Source: Convolutriloba macropyga (lineage: Eukaryota). From it: a stretch of DNA of 64,000 nt. A model generated the notes under the pieces. That model was not told where the DNA came from and ran no database searches. It was given only the letters and a program-made list of their open reading frames with translations. Positions 25,090 through 37,552 of the stretch are shown here, one piece after another. A program made the position numbers and the translations under genes. Where the stretch lies: the NCBI RefSeq assembly GCF_964194025.1, contig NC_134477.1, forward strand, positions 22,816,001 through 22,880,000. Direction: 5' to 3'. Positions within the stretch are counted from its first letter, which is position 1, and every line of letters starts with the position of its first letter.

Positions 25090-26600
25090 AAACTGGGTAA
25101 TGTGTGTCAGGGAGGGCTAGGTTTTTTCCTTCTGTCCAAATTATGTGTAATTTTGGGAATTTCATTTATATTAATTGGAATCTATAAACTCTATGATTTG
25201 ATTTGTTCTTTTGAGTAAATAGATAGATGATTGGTTTGTGATCTGTGAATAACACTATTGGGTGGTTTGAACCGGTCAGTAAAAATTCATACTCTGTTTA
25301 ATGTTGACTCTCTGATTAATGTTGATAGTCGCATTTCGATAGGTGTGAATAGTCTGGAATTTGCTGATACTAATTTCATTTTTCTTTCAGTTGGATGTTG
25401 TTGTAATATTGCTGCTCCGATGCCTGTGTTTGATGCATCTGTGATAATATAGGATAGTTTTGTAGTATCTGGCATTGTTAGTTCTAATTTGTGTGATATT
25501 GTTCTTTTCATTTGTTTAAAAATTTGTTGATGTTCTTTTGTCCATTTGAAATCGTTTTCTTTGTGTAGGAGGTTATATAATGGTTGTAATATTGGTTGCA
25601 TACCATAGACGTATTTCGCAAGGAAATTTATTGTTCCCAGGTATCTTTGTAATGCTTTCATGCTTGTTGGTGGTTCCAGTTTTTGGAAACCATCAATTCT
25701 TGAAGTTAATGGTTTTACTTTTTTGTCTCCAATGATGTGTCCGAGAAATTTAACTTTTTTCAACTTGAAGTATGTTTTATCAGGTGCTGCTTCAAGGTTT
25801 TTTTTCAATAATGTTTTATGATATTCTATTAAGGTTTCATACATTTGTGGGTATGAATTGGTTTGAATGAAAATATCGTCGACATATGTGATTACCGTCC
25901 CTTTCCTGATTAAGGGATAGAGAAAATGTGTTAATATCGATGCAAACGCTGCGGGTCCAATGGATATTCCGTAAAATAGTCGTTTGAAACGATATTGTTC
26001 GTTTCCAATCGTAAAATGTGTGTATCTTATTAATTGTTGGTCTAAAAGTGTTTGGTTATATGCGCTGTTGAGATCAGCTGTCGTAAATATTGTTCCGTTT
26101 ATTCGTGTTAGGGCCACATCAACTGGTTCAATTGGCCAGTTGCATTTAGATTCGTCAACCATGTTATTCAAGTATCGTGCATCTAATACTATTTTTAATG
26201 ATTGTCATTTCCGTAGAATAATTACTGGGTTTGTGAATGTATTCCCTGCAGATAATTGTTCTTTGTTTACAGGTGCAATTATGTTGTATTTCTTCAATAC
26301 GTCTAGTAGTTTTTGGATTCTTTCTCTGAGGTGTTTTGGTACTTTGCTTATTCTCTGTTTTTTTGAAAATTGCATCTTTTTTCATAGGTAAATTCAATTT
26401 CACTTTTGTTTTTCCAACGTCGAATTTTGTTGTTGCGTAAACTTGTTTGTATTCTAGTATGATTGTTACTATTTTTTCGAATTCCTCTTGTGTTAAATGT
26501 GAATTTTGGAAATCGATAATTTGAATGAAATCCTTTTCCGATACTGTGTATTTGTTAATATTAACTTTGCATTTAAAATTAGGTTCTCTTTCAAATGTTG
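25090..26600 (-). pseudogene. pol: Reverse transcriptase and RNase H (Ty3/Gypsy type, disrupted)
   Basis: ADLNSAYNQ, FKRLFYGISIGPAAF, TYVDDIFI, VKFLGHII. RNase H motifs IITDASNTGIGA, FTDHKP and IIWTEGKNLALPD. Confidence 0.95.
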
Positions 26601-26807
26601 CTACTTGTTCAACTGTTTCGTTGTCTTGTATACTTAATATTTCGTTAATGTCATTTTCATTTTAATATGTTAGATGATATAATGCTGAAAATAAGTCTAT
26701 CGAATTTGTTTGGTACATTTCTTCTTTATGTTGTTTGAATGTAATGTTTTGATACACTGAACCAATTAGACCTACATTAATTGTCACTTTATGTTGGTTT
26801 TTATTTA

Positions 26808-28808
26808 TTAAGAAGTGTTGAAGTTTAATTTATTAAGAAGTCTATTTATTAAGAAGTCTATGAAGTGTTCTTTTTCTATCGACACATCTTTTATGTCTGT
26901 AAATGATAAACTTTTATATTTGTTTATCGGTTCGAAATAGTACATTGAATTGTAAATTGTTTTTCCGTTTGATTTTTCCATTTGCTTGAATATTGGTATA
27001 GGAAAAGTTATGCTTTTATGTTGATCTTGTTCAAGGTATATTGGTTCTTTGTTAAAAATTGGGTATAATTGAGAGTAATAAGGATATCCCTTTGTACTGC
27101 TCATGAAGAAAGTAATGTCATTATCTATAATTGTGTTAGTATTTATAGTTAGTTCCTTTATATTTACATTTATTGTTTCTATGTATTCTTTGAAGAATGG
27201 AGTTCCAAGTATATTATGATTGCATTGTGTTACGTAAAAATGTATACTAAATTTATGTTGGGGTTTATTTCTGCTGTTTGATGTTTTGTCAGGTGTTAGA
27301 TTTAGTGTTACTGTTCCGAATGTTTCTATAGTTTTATTATTTGCTGCTGTTAGCGTCTTGTTAGCTTGTTCAAGGCGTATATCTGGGTTGTTATTTTTTA
27401 TTTCGTTCCAAATATCCTCGTTCAAAAGATTTAATGTTGCTCCAGAGTCTAATAGAAAATCAATTTCTAGTATTGGTCTATGCTTTGTAAAGTCTTGTTC
27501 AATTTTGTTACACTGGTACATCGGTAGCATCCAGGTTGGGTTAATTTCTAGTGTATTTACTACTGTGTTGCACGTGTCTTCGTTAGCATTATAGAATTTA
27601 TCTAATATTTCTTGGTCTTCACTTGATGATTGGGATGTGTTTTCGTAATCGTCAATTGCAGGTGGTTCATCGTTTTGTCTTTCTGTTTCTATGTTATTTA
27701 TTCTGTTTTTATTTTTATTGTTGTATTTATTTCCGTCTGTTCTTCGATCTTTTGAATGATATCTATCATTTTGTTCTCTTTGCGTTGAGTNNNNNNNNNN
27801 NNNNNNNNNNNNNNNNNNNNNNNNNNNNNNNNNNNNNNNNNNNNNNNNNNNNNNNNNNNNNNNNNNNNNNNNNNNNNNNNNNNNNNNNNNNNNNNNNNNN
27901 NNNNNNNNNNNNNNNNNNNNNNNNNNNNNNNNNNNNNNNNNNNNNNNNNNNNNNNNNNNNNNNNNNNNNNNNNNNNNNNNNNNNNNNNNNNNNNNNNNNN
28001 NNNNNNNNNNNNNNNNNNNNNNNNNNNNNNNNNNNNNNNNNNNNNNNNNNNNNNNNNNNNNNNNNNNNNNNNNNNNNNNNNNNNNNNNNNNNNNNNNNNN
28101 NNNNNNNNNNNNNNNNNNNNNNNNNNNNNNNNNNNNNNNNNNNNNNNNNNNNNNNNNNNNNNNNNNNNNNNNNNNNNNNNNNNNNNNNNNNNNNNNNNNN
28201 NNNNNNNNNNNNNNNNNNNNNNNNNNNNNNNNNNNNNNNNNNNNNNNNNNNNNNNNNNNNNNNNNNNNNNNNNNNNNNNNNNNNNNNNNNNNNNNNNNNN
28301 NNNNNNNNNNNNNNNNNNNNNNNNNNNNNNNNNNNNNNNNNNNNNNNNNNNNTGATCGTTGTCTGTATCTGTCACTTTTGTTTGAATCTTTCCTATAATG
28401 TCTTTGTCCATTATTGTTATTGTAATTATTATTATTATTATCATTATTCCTGTTGTACGATGAATGCTGTCTTGAGCGACTGTGGTTTGTGTATCTTGAG
28501 CTTGATCTGCTATTGTTGTATTTGTTATGATTATTGTTTCTGTTGTAACTGTTAGTTCTACTTCTGTTATAAATGTTTCTGTTATAGCTTCCGCTTCTAT
28601 TGTTATAATTATTATTCGAATTACGATGTCCTTGATAGTATCGATTGTCTCTGCTATATGAGTTATTATTTGAATTGTTTCTTGATTGTGATCTGTATGG
28701 TGTTCTGCTTCGGGAATTGTGGTATACTGCTGATGTTGATGGTAATTGTCGTCCGTTGATGTTATTCGAATCAATTCTTCTGTTTGGTAGATTCTGATTG
28801 TTCCTCAT
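26808..28808 (-). pseudogene. N/R/S-rich linker plus retropepsin-type aspartic protease (spans assembly gap)
   Basis: FLLDSGATLNLL active-site motif and HNILGTPFF downstream motif. Confidence 0.88.
27791..28351. other. Assembly gap within a low-complexity gag-pol linker
   Basis: Run of N. Confidence 1.
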
Positions 28809-28819
28809 ATGACTATAAA

Positions 28820-31265
28820 ATGATCTTCTTTTTGGTCGTCTTATGCTTTCTCTTTGTGGTCTTTAAGAGACTTTAAAGCATCTTCCTTTTGTGTGACCGT
28901 GTGAACTGCAATAGCTGCAAAAAAGTGCAAACTTTGGTCTTCATTAAAGTTTTTTCTATCGTATGTGTTATTAATTCCGTTTAGAACGCTACAGATTGTT
29001 CCTTCAAATTGTTCTAAAACATTTTGGTTAAGATCGTTTATGTTGTTACAAGCTACATTCATTTGTTTGAGATCTTCACTAATGTTAGTTGTAGTTTGGT
29101 TGACTTCATATAGTCTTTTGTGATTGTTTGTTATTGTTCTTGTTAAATCCATTTGAACTATTTTGTCAACTAGTGTTTTGAATGGCATTTCTGGTTCTCT
29201 TGGCGTTTGTTTATGATTGGCATGTTTTTTCAAGGCTGCTGTTTTTAATTCGTTATCCAAGCATCTAATGAATGTTTGATTCATTACGCTATTTCTATAA
29301 TCTTCTGTATATAATGAGTATGCTGTTTTTACAAGTGTTTCTATTCTCAGTGCGAGTGATCGTAATGATTCATTTGTGTGTTTTTGTAATTGTTGTAACA
29401 CTACTTTTGCTTGTTGTTTTGATTTCTCTGAGTCGAATATGTCTAAAAAATCTTTACAACATGTTTCCCAGTCCAATTTGGTTTCACTTGGAAGAGTGGA
29501 ATACTACTTTTGAGCTGGTCCTTGTAGTGTATGTAATATTAAAGCTGCTCTTTTTACATTTCATTTATGATGTCCTGGTTTGTTTACTGGTTCTATGCCG
29601 CTACTAAATATCATTGCTGCAACTATACTGTTTAAATATTCTTCAACAGTATATGCTGGATCTGTGCCGTCAAATGGTCGTTTTGTTGTTGGTACTAAAC
29701 CACCACTAATGTTTTGTTCTATTTGTGGCTCTTCGTGTATACTCATTGATGTTAATTGTTTATAGAAGCGTAAGGGAAGGGTCTGTTACTGTCGTTCCTC
29801 TTTCTTCTGTTGTGATTGAATTTGATCTTTTAGTATGATTTTCCTGTTGTCTATTGTTTTGAATATTAGTATTTTGTATGTTATTATTATTTGAGTTTCT
29901 GTCATTATTTGAGATTCCGTTTTCTGATCTTAGATTGTTTTGTCTATTATTGTTATCTAATGTTTTTTAAAGTTTGTCGAATACCATTTCGATTGCTTCT
30001 TCTTGTCTTCTTTCTATGTTCTCGTTAATTTGTCTAAATTTGTTTTCTATATTATTAATAAGTTTATTGGTATGATTTGTTACTTTTTCTGTTTTTTTTG
30101 TCGTTGAGATCTTGATAATTACACATTTGTTGTTCCCAGAATAGTTCATTTTGTTCACGGTTATCGTTCAATGAACCAATATATGTGTTATTCCTGTTAT
30201 AATTATATTGTGTTGGGTTCTGATATTTTCGTCTAACTTTTTGATTTAGTGATGGTGGTAGCAAGTTTCCGATTCTCGCATCTCTGTCTTCTGAATCAGA
30301 TATATCTATTTCGTCTGCTATGTTCTGTTGATTTCCAAATAAATTTGATGTTAACTGTTTATCTGGTTTTATTGTTGATTTTTGTTTTGATTGTAAATTT
30401 AAATTTATTTGGACATCTTTTGGTGTTGATGTCGATGTTAGACTTCTTGACAAGTTAAATGATGAAGAACCTGCTTGTCTTTGGTCTTCTATTTTTACAT
30501 AGGTCTCTAATCCTTCTATGAAGTTGATGCTATCTGAACATACTCTTAGTGTGCTTTCAAAGTGTTGCGAATAGTATTCACTGTCCCAAATGTTTTTAAG
30601 TTTGTCACTTAAGTTTTGGATTTGTTCTTGAAATTTTTCTCCAAACTGTATTCGTTTGCCATTAATGTGTTCAAAATTATCTAACCAGAATAGGAACAAG
30701 AACTCTGAGATAATTTTAATTTTATGTCTGATGTTGCCGTTTTTAGTTCTTGTTTTAGTTCCATGATTTTTGTTAACCAATTGTTATAATTCATTATGTC
30801 GTTTTTTAGTTTGTCGTTTACTGACTGTATTGGTTTCTTTTGATCGTTTATGTATACGGTTGTATTTCGTAGTATTTCGCACGTTGTAGATGGTATTGCT
30901 GTTGCTTTTTTTCTATCTTGAGAATCTTCGTGTCGTTTTAAGAATGTTTTGAACATATTAGGTAGTGTTGTTTCATTTTGGAAATTATAGAATGTTTTTC
31001 TATTTCCTTTATCGTCTTTTAAGGTAAATGTACATTGTTTATTAAGTTGATCTCTATCCAGTAGTATTACTGGTAGATAGTGTGCCAAGTGATTTCTATG
31101 AATGTTAATTTGTTTTATATGTTTTGTTTCGTTGAAGAGGTTATTCTTCAAATTTATTATTATTCTGTAAATAATTTCGCGGTTTTCTTGCGGGCAATCG
31201 CTAGCAATTGTAAATGGTGTTAAGAAATGGTTTGTTATCGACTGTGGTTGATGGTTGGTATCCAT
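28820..31265 (-). pseudogene. gag: gag with long N-terminal extension, capsid-like domain and CCHC zinc knuckle (frameshifted)
   Basis: ORF fragments 30681-31265, 30064-30780, 29967-30158, 29561-29746 (FDGTDPAYTVEEYL) and 28841-29476 (WETCCKDFLDIF..LQQLQKHTNESLRSL). CSYCSSHGHTKGRC (C-x2-C-x4-H-x4-C) is encoded at 28878-28919 in an adjacent frame. Confidence 0.85.
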
Positions 31266-31350
31266 CTTTTTTTTATTATTTGTGAGATAATATTTTTAAT
31301 TTAATTCCGTTATGGAGATTCGAAATTTGTTATTTTCTTTGGTTTATTTC

Positions 31351-31366
31351 GGAACTGGTCGCACCA
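31351..31366 (-). promoter_or_regulatory. Putative primer-binding site (TGGTGCGACCAGTTCC); priming tRNA not identified
   Basis: TGG-initiated tract 2 nt downstream of the 5' LTR end; absent after the 3' LTRs. Confidence 0.7.
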
Positions 31367-31368
31367 GA

Positions 31369-31790
31369 TAAGACGTGTTCTGAGCTTACCTTCTTATAGG
31401 CTACTTCTGGAAATGTCTTATGGCTGTCTCAAGAATATAGGATACTCTTAAGGCTTACCTGACTAACTAAAGTTCTAGATCTCTAGTCTGTTACTCTTCT
31501 ATCTGAGCTACAGTAGACAGTGCACGGGCCCCAATGATAAAGTCTAACGTATATCTCAAAACTAAACAAGAGCGGAGTAGAGAGGGAGAAATTTACTTTA
31601 TTTTTATATCAGGTCTGTGACTAGTACCGACTCACGGGGTAAGTGAAAAAGGATAAAGGGAAAACATATAAACATTTAAGGAAAGGTATTTTTCCTTTTT
31701 CAACCAATCAGGGTTGAGTATTTCAGTCTTTATTTTTTTTAAATAAATGAAGTCTTCAAGTCTTTTTGTTGGAAGTCAACATTGACTCCA
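31369..31790 (-). repeat. 5' LTR of copy B (422 bp, TGGAGTCAA...CACGTCTTA)
   Basis: Near-identical to 10521-10918, 6757-7154 and (inverted) 35952-36376. Bounded by the TSD on one side and the PBS on the other. Confidence 0.92.
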
Positions 31791-32023
31791 GCAGCGTAAC
31801 GAATCGAGCCTTTATTAATATCATACAATTCAATAACCAACGAAAAGTAACTGATATCGAAAAAGAGATACGGAATACAGTCAAAGCGTCGATAACCGAC
31901 GTACCAATTGACGAAATAACTAACCTCCTCGCACAATTTCTGTCGAAAGACGATCTTTTTCTTAAAGAATACAAACATTATAGGGACAGAACAAATCATC
32001 CCAAACAAACGGACAAATTGTAA
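31791..32023 (+). pseudogene. ORF6 of copy A, 3' part, resuming after the B insertion
   Basis: SVTNRAF...NHPKQTDKL* matches the C-terminus of 12025-12921. Confidence 0.85.
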
Positions 32024-32174
32024 TGACACCAACTGAGAACAAGTAACAATTCCAAAACTCTAATACTCTTGACTGAGTAAATTTGCACATTCTTATCTAA
32101 CTATGAATCTCCTTCTGCATATATGTATTTCCTTTTTGCAGTAATAATTTATACTTCAACTGTTCGAACAAATT

Positions 32175-34606
32175 ATTTGGTATAGACTATTTATAAACTA
32201 CTTATCCAAATAACCATTCCCTACATTTGTACAATCTTCTACAATTGTACCATTCTCTACAATTGTATCCCAGTTTTTATCCCCTATTACTATTGATAGT
32301 TATAACAATTGGTGTCACACTCGATGTGTAATAAATTTTAGATAGAACACTTTTTTTTTTACTTTTCTAAAAAATCTACCTATCCTACTCTTAGCTGATA
32401 GAAATATACATGAGAATATGCAAAGATTTTCCATAGTTAGATATATGCACTTTTGTAAAAAAAGAAAATACCAAAAAGTAACTCATAATTTGTTGTATGA
32501 GAATTGTTGTATGATAATTTGTTGTATTTGGTATAGACTATTTATAAACTACTTATCCAAATAACAATTCCCTTCATTTGTACAATCTTCTACATTTGTA
32601 CCATTCTCTACAATTGTATCCCAGTTTATATCCCCTATTACTATTGATAGTTATAACAATTGGTGTCACACTCGATGTGTAATAAATTTTAGATAGAACA
32701 CATTTTTTTTTACTTTTCTAAAAAATCTACCTATCCTACTCTTAGCTGATAGAAATAGACATGTACATATGCAAAGATTTTCCATAGTTAGATATATGCA
32801 CTTTTGTAAAAAAAGAAAATACCAAAAAGTAACTCATAATTTGTTGTATGAGAATTGTTGTATGATAATTTGTTGTATTTGGTATAGACTATTTATAAAC
32901 TACTTATCCAAATAACCATTCCCTACATTTGTACAATCTTCTACATTTGTACCATTCTCTACAATTGTATCCCAGTTTTTATCCCCTATTACTTTTGATA
33001 GTTATAACAATTGGTGTCACACTCGATGTGTAATAAATTTTAGATAGAACACATTTTTTTTACTTTTCTAAAAAATCTACCTATCCTACTCTTAGCTGAT
33101 AGAAATATACATGTACATATGCAAAGATTTTCCATAGTTAGATATATGCACTTTTGTAAAAAAAGAAAATACCAAAAAGTAACTCATAATTTGTTGTATG
33201 AGAATTGTTGTATGATAATTTGTTGTATTTGGTATAGACTATTTATAAACTACTTATCCAAATAACCATTCCCTACATTTGTACAATCTTCTACATTTGT
33301 ACCATTCTCTACAATTGTATCCCAGTTTATATCCCCTATTACTATTGATAGTTATAACAATTGGTGTCACACTCGATGTGTAATAAATTTTAGATAGAAC
33401 ACATTTTTTTTTACTTTTCTAAAAAAATCTACCTATCCTACTCTTAGCTGATAGAATTATACATGTACATATGCAAAGATTTTCCATAGTTAGATATATG
33501 CACTTTTGTAAAAAAAAGAAAATACCAAAAAGTAACTCATAATTTGTTGTATGAGAATTGTTGTATGATAATTTGTTGTATTTGGTATAGACTATTTATA
33601 AACTACTTATCCAAATAACCATTCCCTACATTTGTACAGTCTTCTACATTTGTACCATTCTCTACAATTGTATCCCAGTTTTTATCCCCTATTACTTTTG
33701 ATAGTTATAACAATTGGTGTCACACTCGATGTGTAATAAATTTTAGATAGAACACATTTTTTTTACTTTTCTAAAAAATCTACCTATCCTACTCTTATCT
33801 GATAGAAATATACATGTACATATGCAAAGATTTTCCATAGTTAGATATATGCACTTTTGTAAAAAAAGAAAATACCAAAAAGTAACTCATAATTTGTTGT
33901 ATGAGAATTGTTGTATGATAATTTGTTGTATTTGGTATAGACTATTTATAAACTACTTATCCAAATAACCATTCCCTACATTTGTACAATCTTCTACATT
34001 TGTACCATTCTCTACAATTGTATCCCAGTTTATATCCCCTATTACTATTGATAGTTATAACAATTGGTGTCACACTCGATGTGTAATAAATTTTAGACAG
34101 AACACATTTTTTTTACTTTTCTAAAAAATCTACCTATCCTACTCTTAGCTGATAGAAATATACATTTACATATGCAAAGATTTTCCATAGTTAGATATAT
34201 GCACTTTTGTAAAAAAAAGAATATACCAAAAAGTAATTCATAATTTGTTGTATGAGATTTGTTGTATGATAATTTGTTGTATTTGGTATAGACTATTTAT
34301 AAACTACTTATCCAAATAACCATTCCCTACATTTGTACAATTTTCTACATTTGTACCATTCTCTACAATTGCATCCCAGTTTATATCCCCTATTACTATT
34401 GATAGTTATAACAATTGGTGTCACACTCGATGTGCAATAAATTTTAGATAGAACACATTTTTTTTTACTTTTCTAAAAAATCTACCTATCCTACTCTTAG
34501 CTGATAGAAATATACATGTACATATGCAAAGATTTTCCATAGTTAGATATATTCACTTTTGTAAAAAAAGAAAATACCAAAAAGTAACTTATAATTTGTT
34601 GTATGA
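32175..34606 (+). repeat. Tandem array of about 351 bp x 7 inside copy A's 3' UTR
   Basis: TTGGTATAGACTATTTATAAAC recurs at 32177, 32528, 32879, 33229, 33582, 33932 and 34283. Single copy in B (about 11545-11870). Confidence 0.95.
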
Positions 34607-35951
34607 ACAATAGGAATGGATATAACAAAGCGTAACAAGCGAAATATACGCAACACAGTGTATAATAACACACTATAGGTTATATGTATTGTGTAACAGA
34701 CATGCAAAATAGATTCAACACATAACGTGTACATAGTTCTCCAACAGATTGAGTCATGACATGACAATTATACCATCTTCAACAGTAACATTACTATATC
34801 ACACTAGCTCAATACTTAATATTCAAAATAACAACATGTATGAAATCTTTTTTATGATCTAATCAGATAAAACTAGATAACAAAATGTTGACAATTTATA
34901 ACAACCCAAATATAAGTATATTCCAAATTCAAAATTTTCAAATCCATAAATCAGCTTATTACTTCATAGACTGATTATTATAAAACATGACAATAACAAT
35001 CAGAACATCATTATTATACATGTAAATAATAACATGAAACTATCGCATGCATAAACTGGTAGTCAGATTTACATGTATACTTATATAGTAACAACTAACA
35101 ACTGTACATCTAATAAGAACTAATATGGTATGATTCCCAGGGGAATTATTTAGAATGTCGAATATCAATGTGTCGTATCAGGCGAACATTTAAAAAATAA
35201 GCGCGCAGACAGAAAACTAACAAAATTTATCAAATGATGAAATACTCGTTATCGGGAATAAGGCAATTGGACATTTTCGCACATACCCATTACAAACTAT
35301 AAGCGAGATCTGTAACCTTTACTAAATTTACAGACACGAAAAACGCGAACAATAACAGTGAACAATAATCGTAACAACTAACAAATCCACAACCTGTAGA
35401 AGTATGACAAAACAATTCGTAAGAATTAATTGCATCAGGATAACTCCTGATTTTGGGATACATCAAAGTACTTTCGTTGACAAACTACCTAACTACTCTC
35501 GATTTTTCCACCAAATTTCATATAACATTTCGAACAAGAGATTTTATTTTTCCTTTCTAACCGGAAGGGTTACTACGTATAACAGAAAAATTACACTACC
35601 TAACATGATAAACTAATATAGAGAAAAAAATTTAAACATTGAACAGCTAACATAAACAAATCAGGTAAGTCAGGTAAGTCGCCAGACATCAGGAGCGCCT
35701 CCAACATCAACACTGGGCCTACCCGAAAGGATCTTCATCCACTGGATGTGGTACTGGAATAGATACTTTTGTGGTTGTTGATGTTCTCGCCTTGCTCTTT
35801 GGGCAACCTGTGTCTGGGAACCGACCTACTGACGAACGAACTACAAAGCAACATATTCAAAAAGAAAAGAAAATCTTTCAGAGAGAATAATGAGAAAATG
35901 ACTTATCGTATTAATCAGAAGACTTTCAAAAAACTCAAAACCCCGGAAAGA

Positions 35952-36376
35952 TGGAGTCAATGTTGACTTCCAACAAAAGACTTGAAGACTTTATTTATTT
36001 AAATAAAATAAAGACTGAAATACTCAACGTTGATTGGTTGAAAAAGGGAAAACACCTTTCCTTCAATGTTTATCTGTTTTCCCTTTATCCCTTTTCCCTA
36101 ACCCCGTTAGTCGGTACTAGTCACAGACCTGATATAATAATAAAGTATATTTCTCTCTCTCTCTCTACTCCGCTCTTGTTTAGTATTGAGATATACGTTA
36201 GACTTTAGCATTGGGGCCCATGCACTGTCTACTGAAGCTCAGATAGAAGAGTAACAGACTAGAGATCTAGAACTTTAGTTAGTCAGGTAAGCCCTAAGAG
36301 TATCCTATATTCTGGAGACAACCATAAGACAGTTCCAGAAGTAGCCTATAAAAAGGTAAGCTCACAACACGTCTTA
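35952..36376 (+). repeat. 3' LTR of copy A (425 bp)
   Basis: Reverse complement of B's LTRs. Starts TGGAGTCAATG, ends CACGTCTTA, followed by unrelated sequence (CATC...). Confidence 0.92.
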
Positions 36377-37552
36377 CATCACTTCCTCAGTCTACTTTAA
36401 AAATCGAGTGAAAAGGTAACGAAAATGTGCGAACAGATCTTTTAAAAGCGACAACGCCGCAATACAATTCAAATTTACATTAAAAAACGGAGAGCGACTA
36501 AAAAATAGCCATTGGCTGATGGTGGTATAAGAAAATGATTGATGTCCGAAATTTTTTAAACTGCAATTTATTTTGATATAACTTTGTTGTTAGACGTACT
36601 CTTGTTACACAACGAGGGGAAACGTGCATCAGTTAGTCAATACCAATAAGCCTTAGAAATGTTAAGCCCTTGAAGATCGATTAACTCAAAAATGACAAAT
36701 AATTTTTAAAAAAGGAATTTTAATAAAAATGTTGCTGAAAATCCTGATTTTAATATCTACAGGATCATTTTTGTGTCTCTAGAGGCTATCCACTAACCCA
36801 ATTCCAATCTTCAAAAAATTTCTTGGCTCAAAAAAATAGGCAATAAATTTTAGAAAAAAATTTCATATTTCAAAAAAAAAGAAATTCGTCCTTTTGAAAT
36901 ATTGAAAATCATTCTGTTTTCCACTAGCAACTATGTAACAACATAGTATCAAACACTGGAGTAGGTTATCAGGCTACTAAAGCACAAAAAACTGAATAAA
37001 AAACAAATAATTTCAAAAAACATAAAAATTGCAAATTTTGTCAAGGATTTCCAAAAATCGAAATGTTGACTGGTAGAAAACAATTTCATTAACACTAAAA
37101 ACCATAAATTCATATAATGCAACTGCTGAGACTACCGTGTGCATTCGAGACGGTTTCCGGCTTGAGGGATTTACCAAAAGCAACGGGAAAAGAGTGGAAA
37201 GAATGTAAAAAACCTTTTTACACCGTTAGTGCTAACCTTAATAAGGGTGGAAAAAGCGGAATTCATGAGTGTAATTATGAGAAAAAGAGTGGAAGATTGT
37301 TAAAAGAGCCAGTTGAGTGCCGGAAAATAGCCGCGATAGACGCTTGTGGCCTTACATCAATTGAAAAAACTAAGGAAATAAGATAAACAGATCGACCACC
37401 AGACCTTTAATTGACCACCACACTTTTGGGTTAGATTCAGACTGTCAATTTTATGACACGTATGGTCTCTATGGAAAAAGACCTGAAAGAGTTTTTTTCA
37501 AAAACTGAGATATGAAATCTAAAACTCAAGACTATTAATCAAGAATTAGGGC

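Larger units (their letters stand above)
10521..31790 (-). mobile_element. Giant Ty3/Gypsy LTR retroelement with env-like gene, copy B (near full length, degenerate), nested in copy A
   Basis: Direct-repeat LTRs at 31369-31790 and 10521-10918. PBS-like TGG tract follows the 5' LTR. Domain order gag-PR-RT-RH-IN, then extra ORFs. Flanked by GCAG at 10517-10520 and 31791-31794; removing it restores copy A's ORF (..YHLEGS|VTNRAF..). Confidence 0.93.
1..36376 (+). mobile_element. Copy A of the same family (3' part; 5' part lies left of the window), interrupted by copy B
   Basis: 1-6756 is the reverse-complement homologue of about 18380-12253. 31791-35198 continues the homology. Ends in an LTR at 35952-36376 homologous to B's LTRs. 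Confidence 0.9.

Noticed and set aside
27623-28774. Long ORFs of 310-358 aa
   Set aside because: Their length comes from reading through the N gap.
36377-36378. Canonical CA end for the LTR
   Set aside because: The other LTR copies are followed by TC or CT, so this CA is flank (probable TSD CATC).
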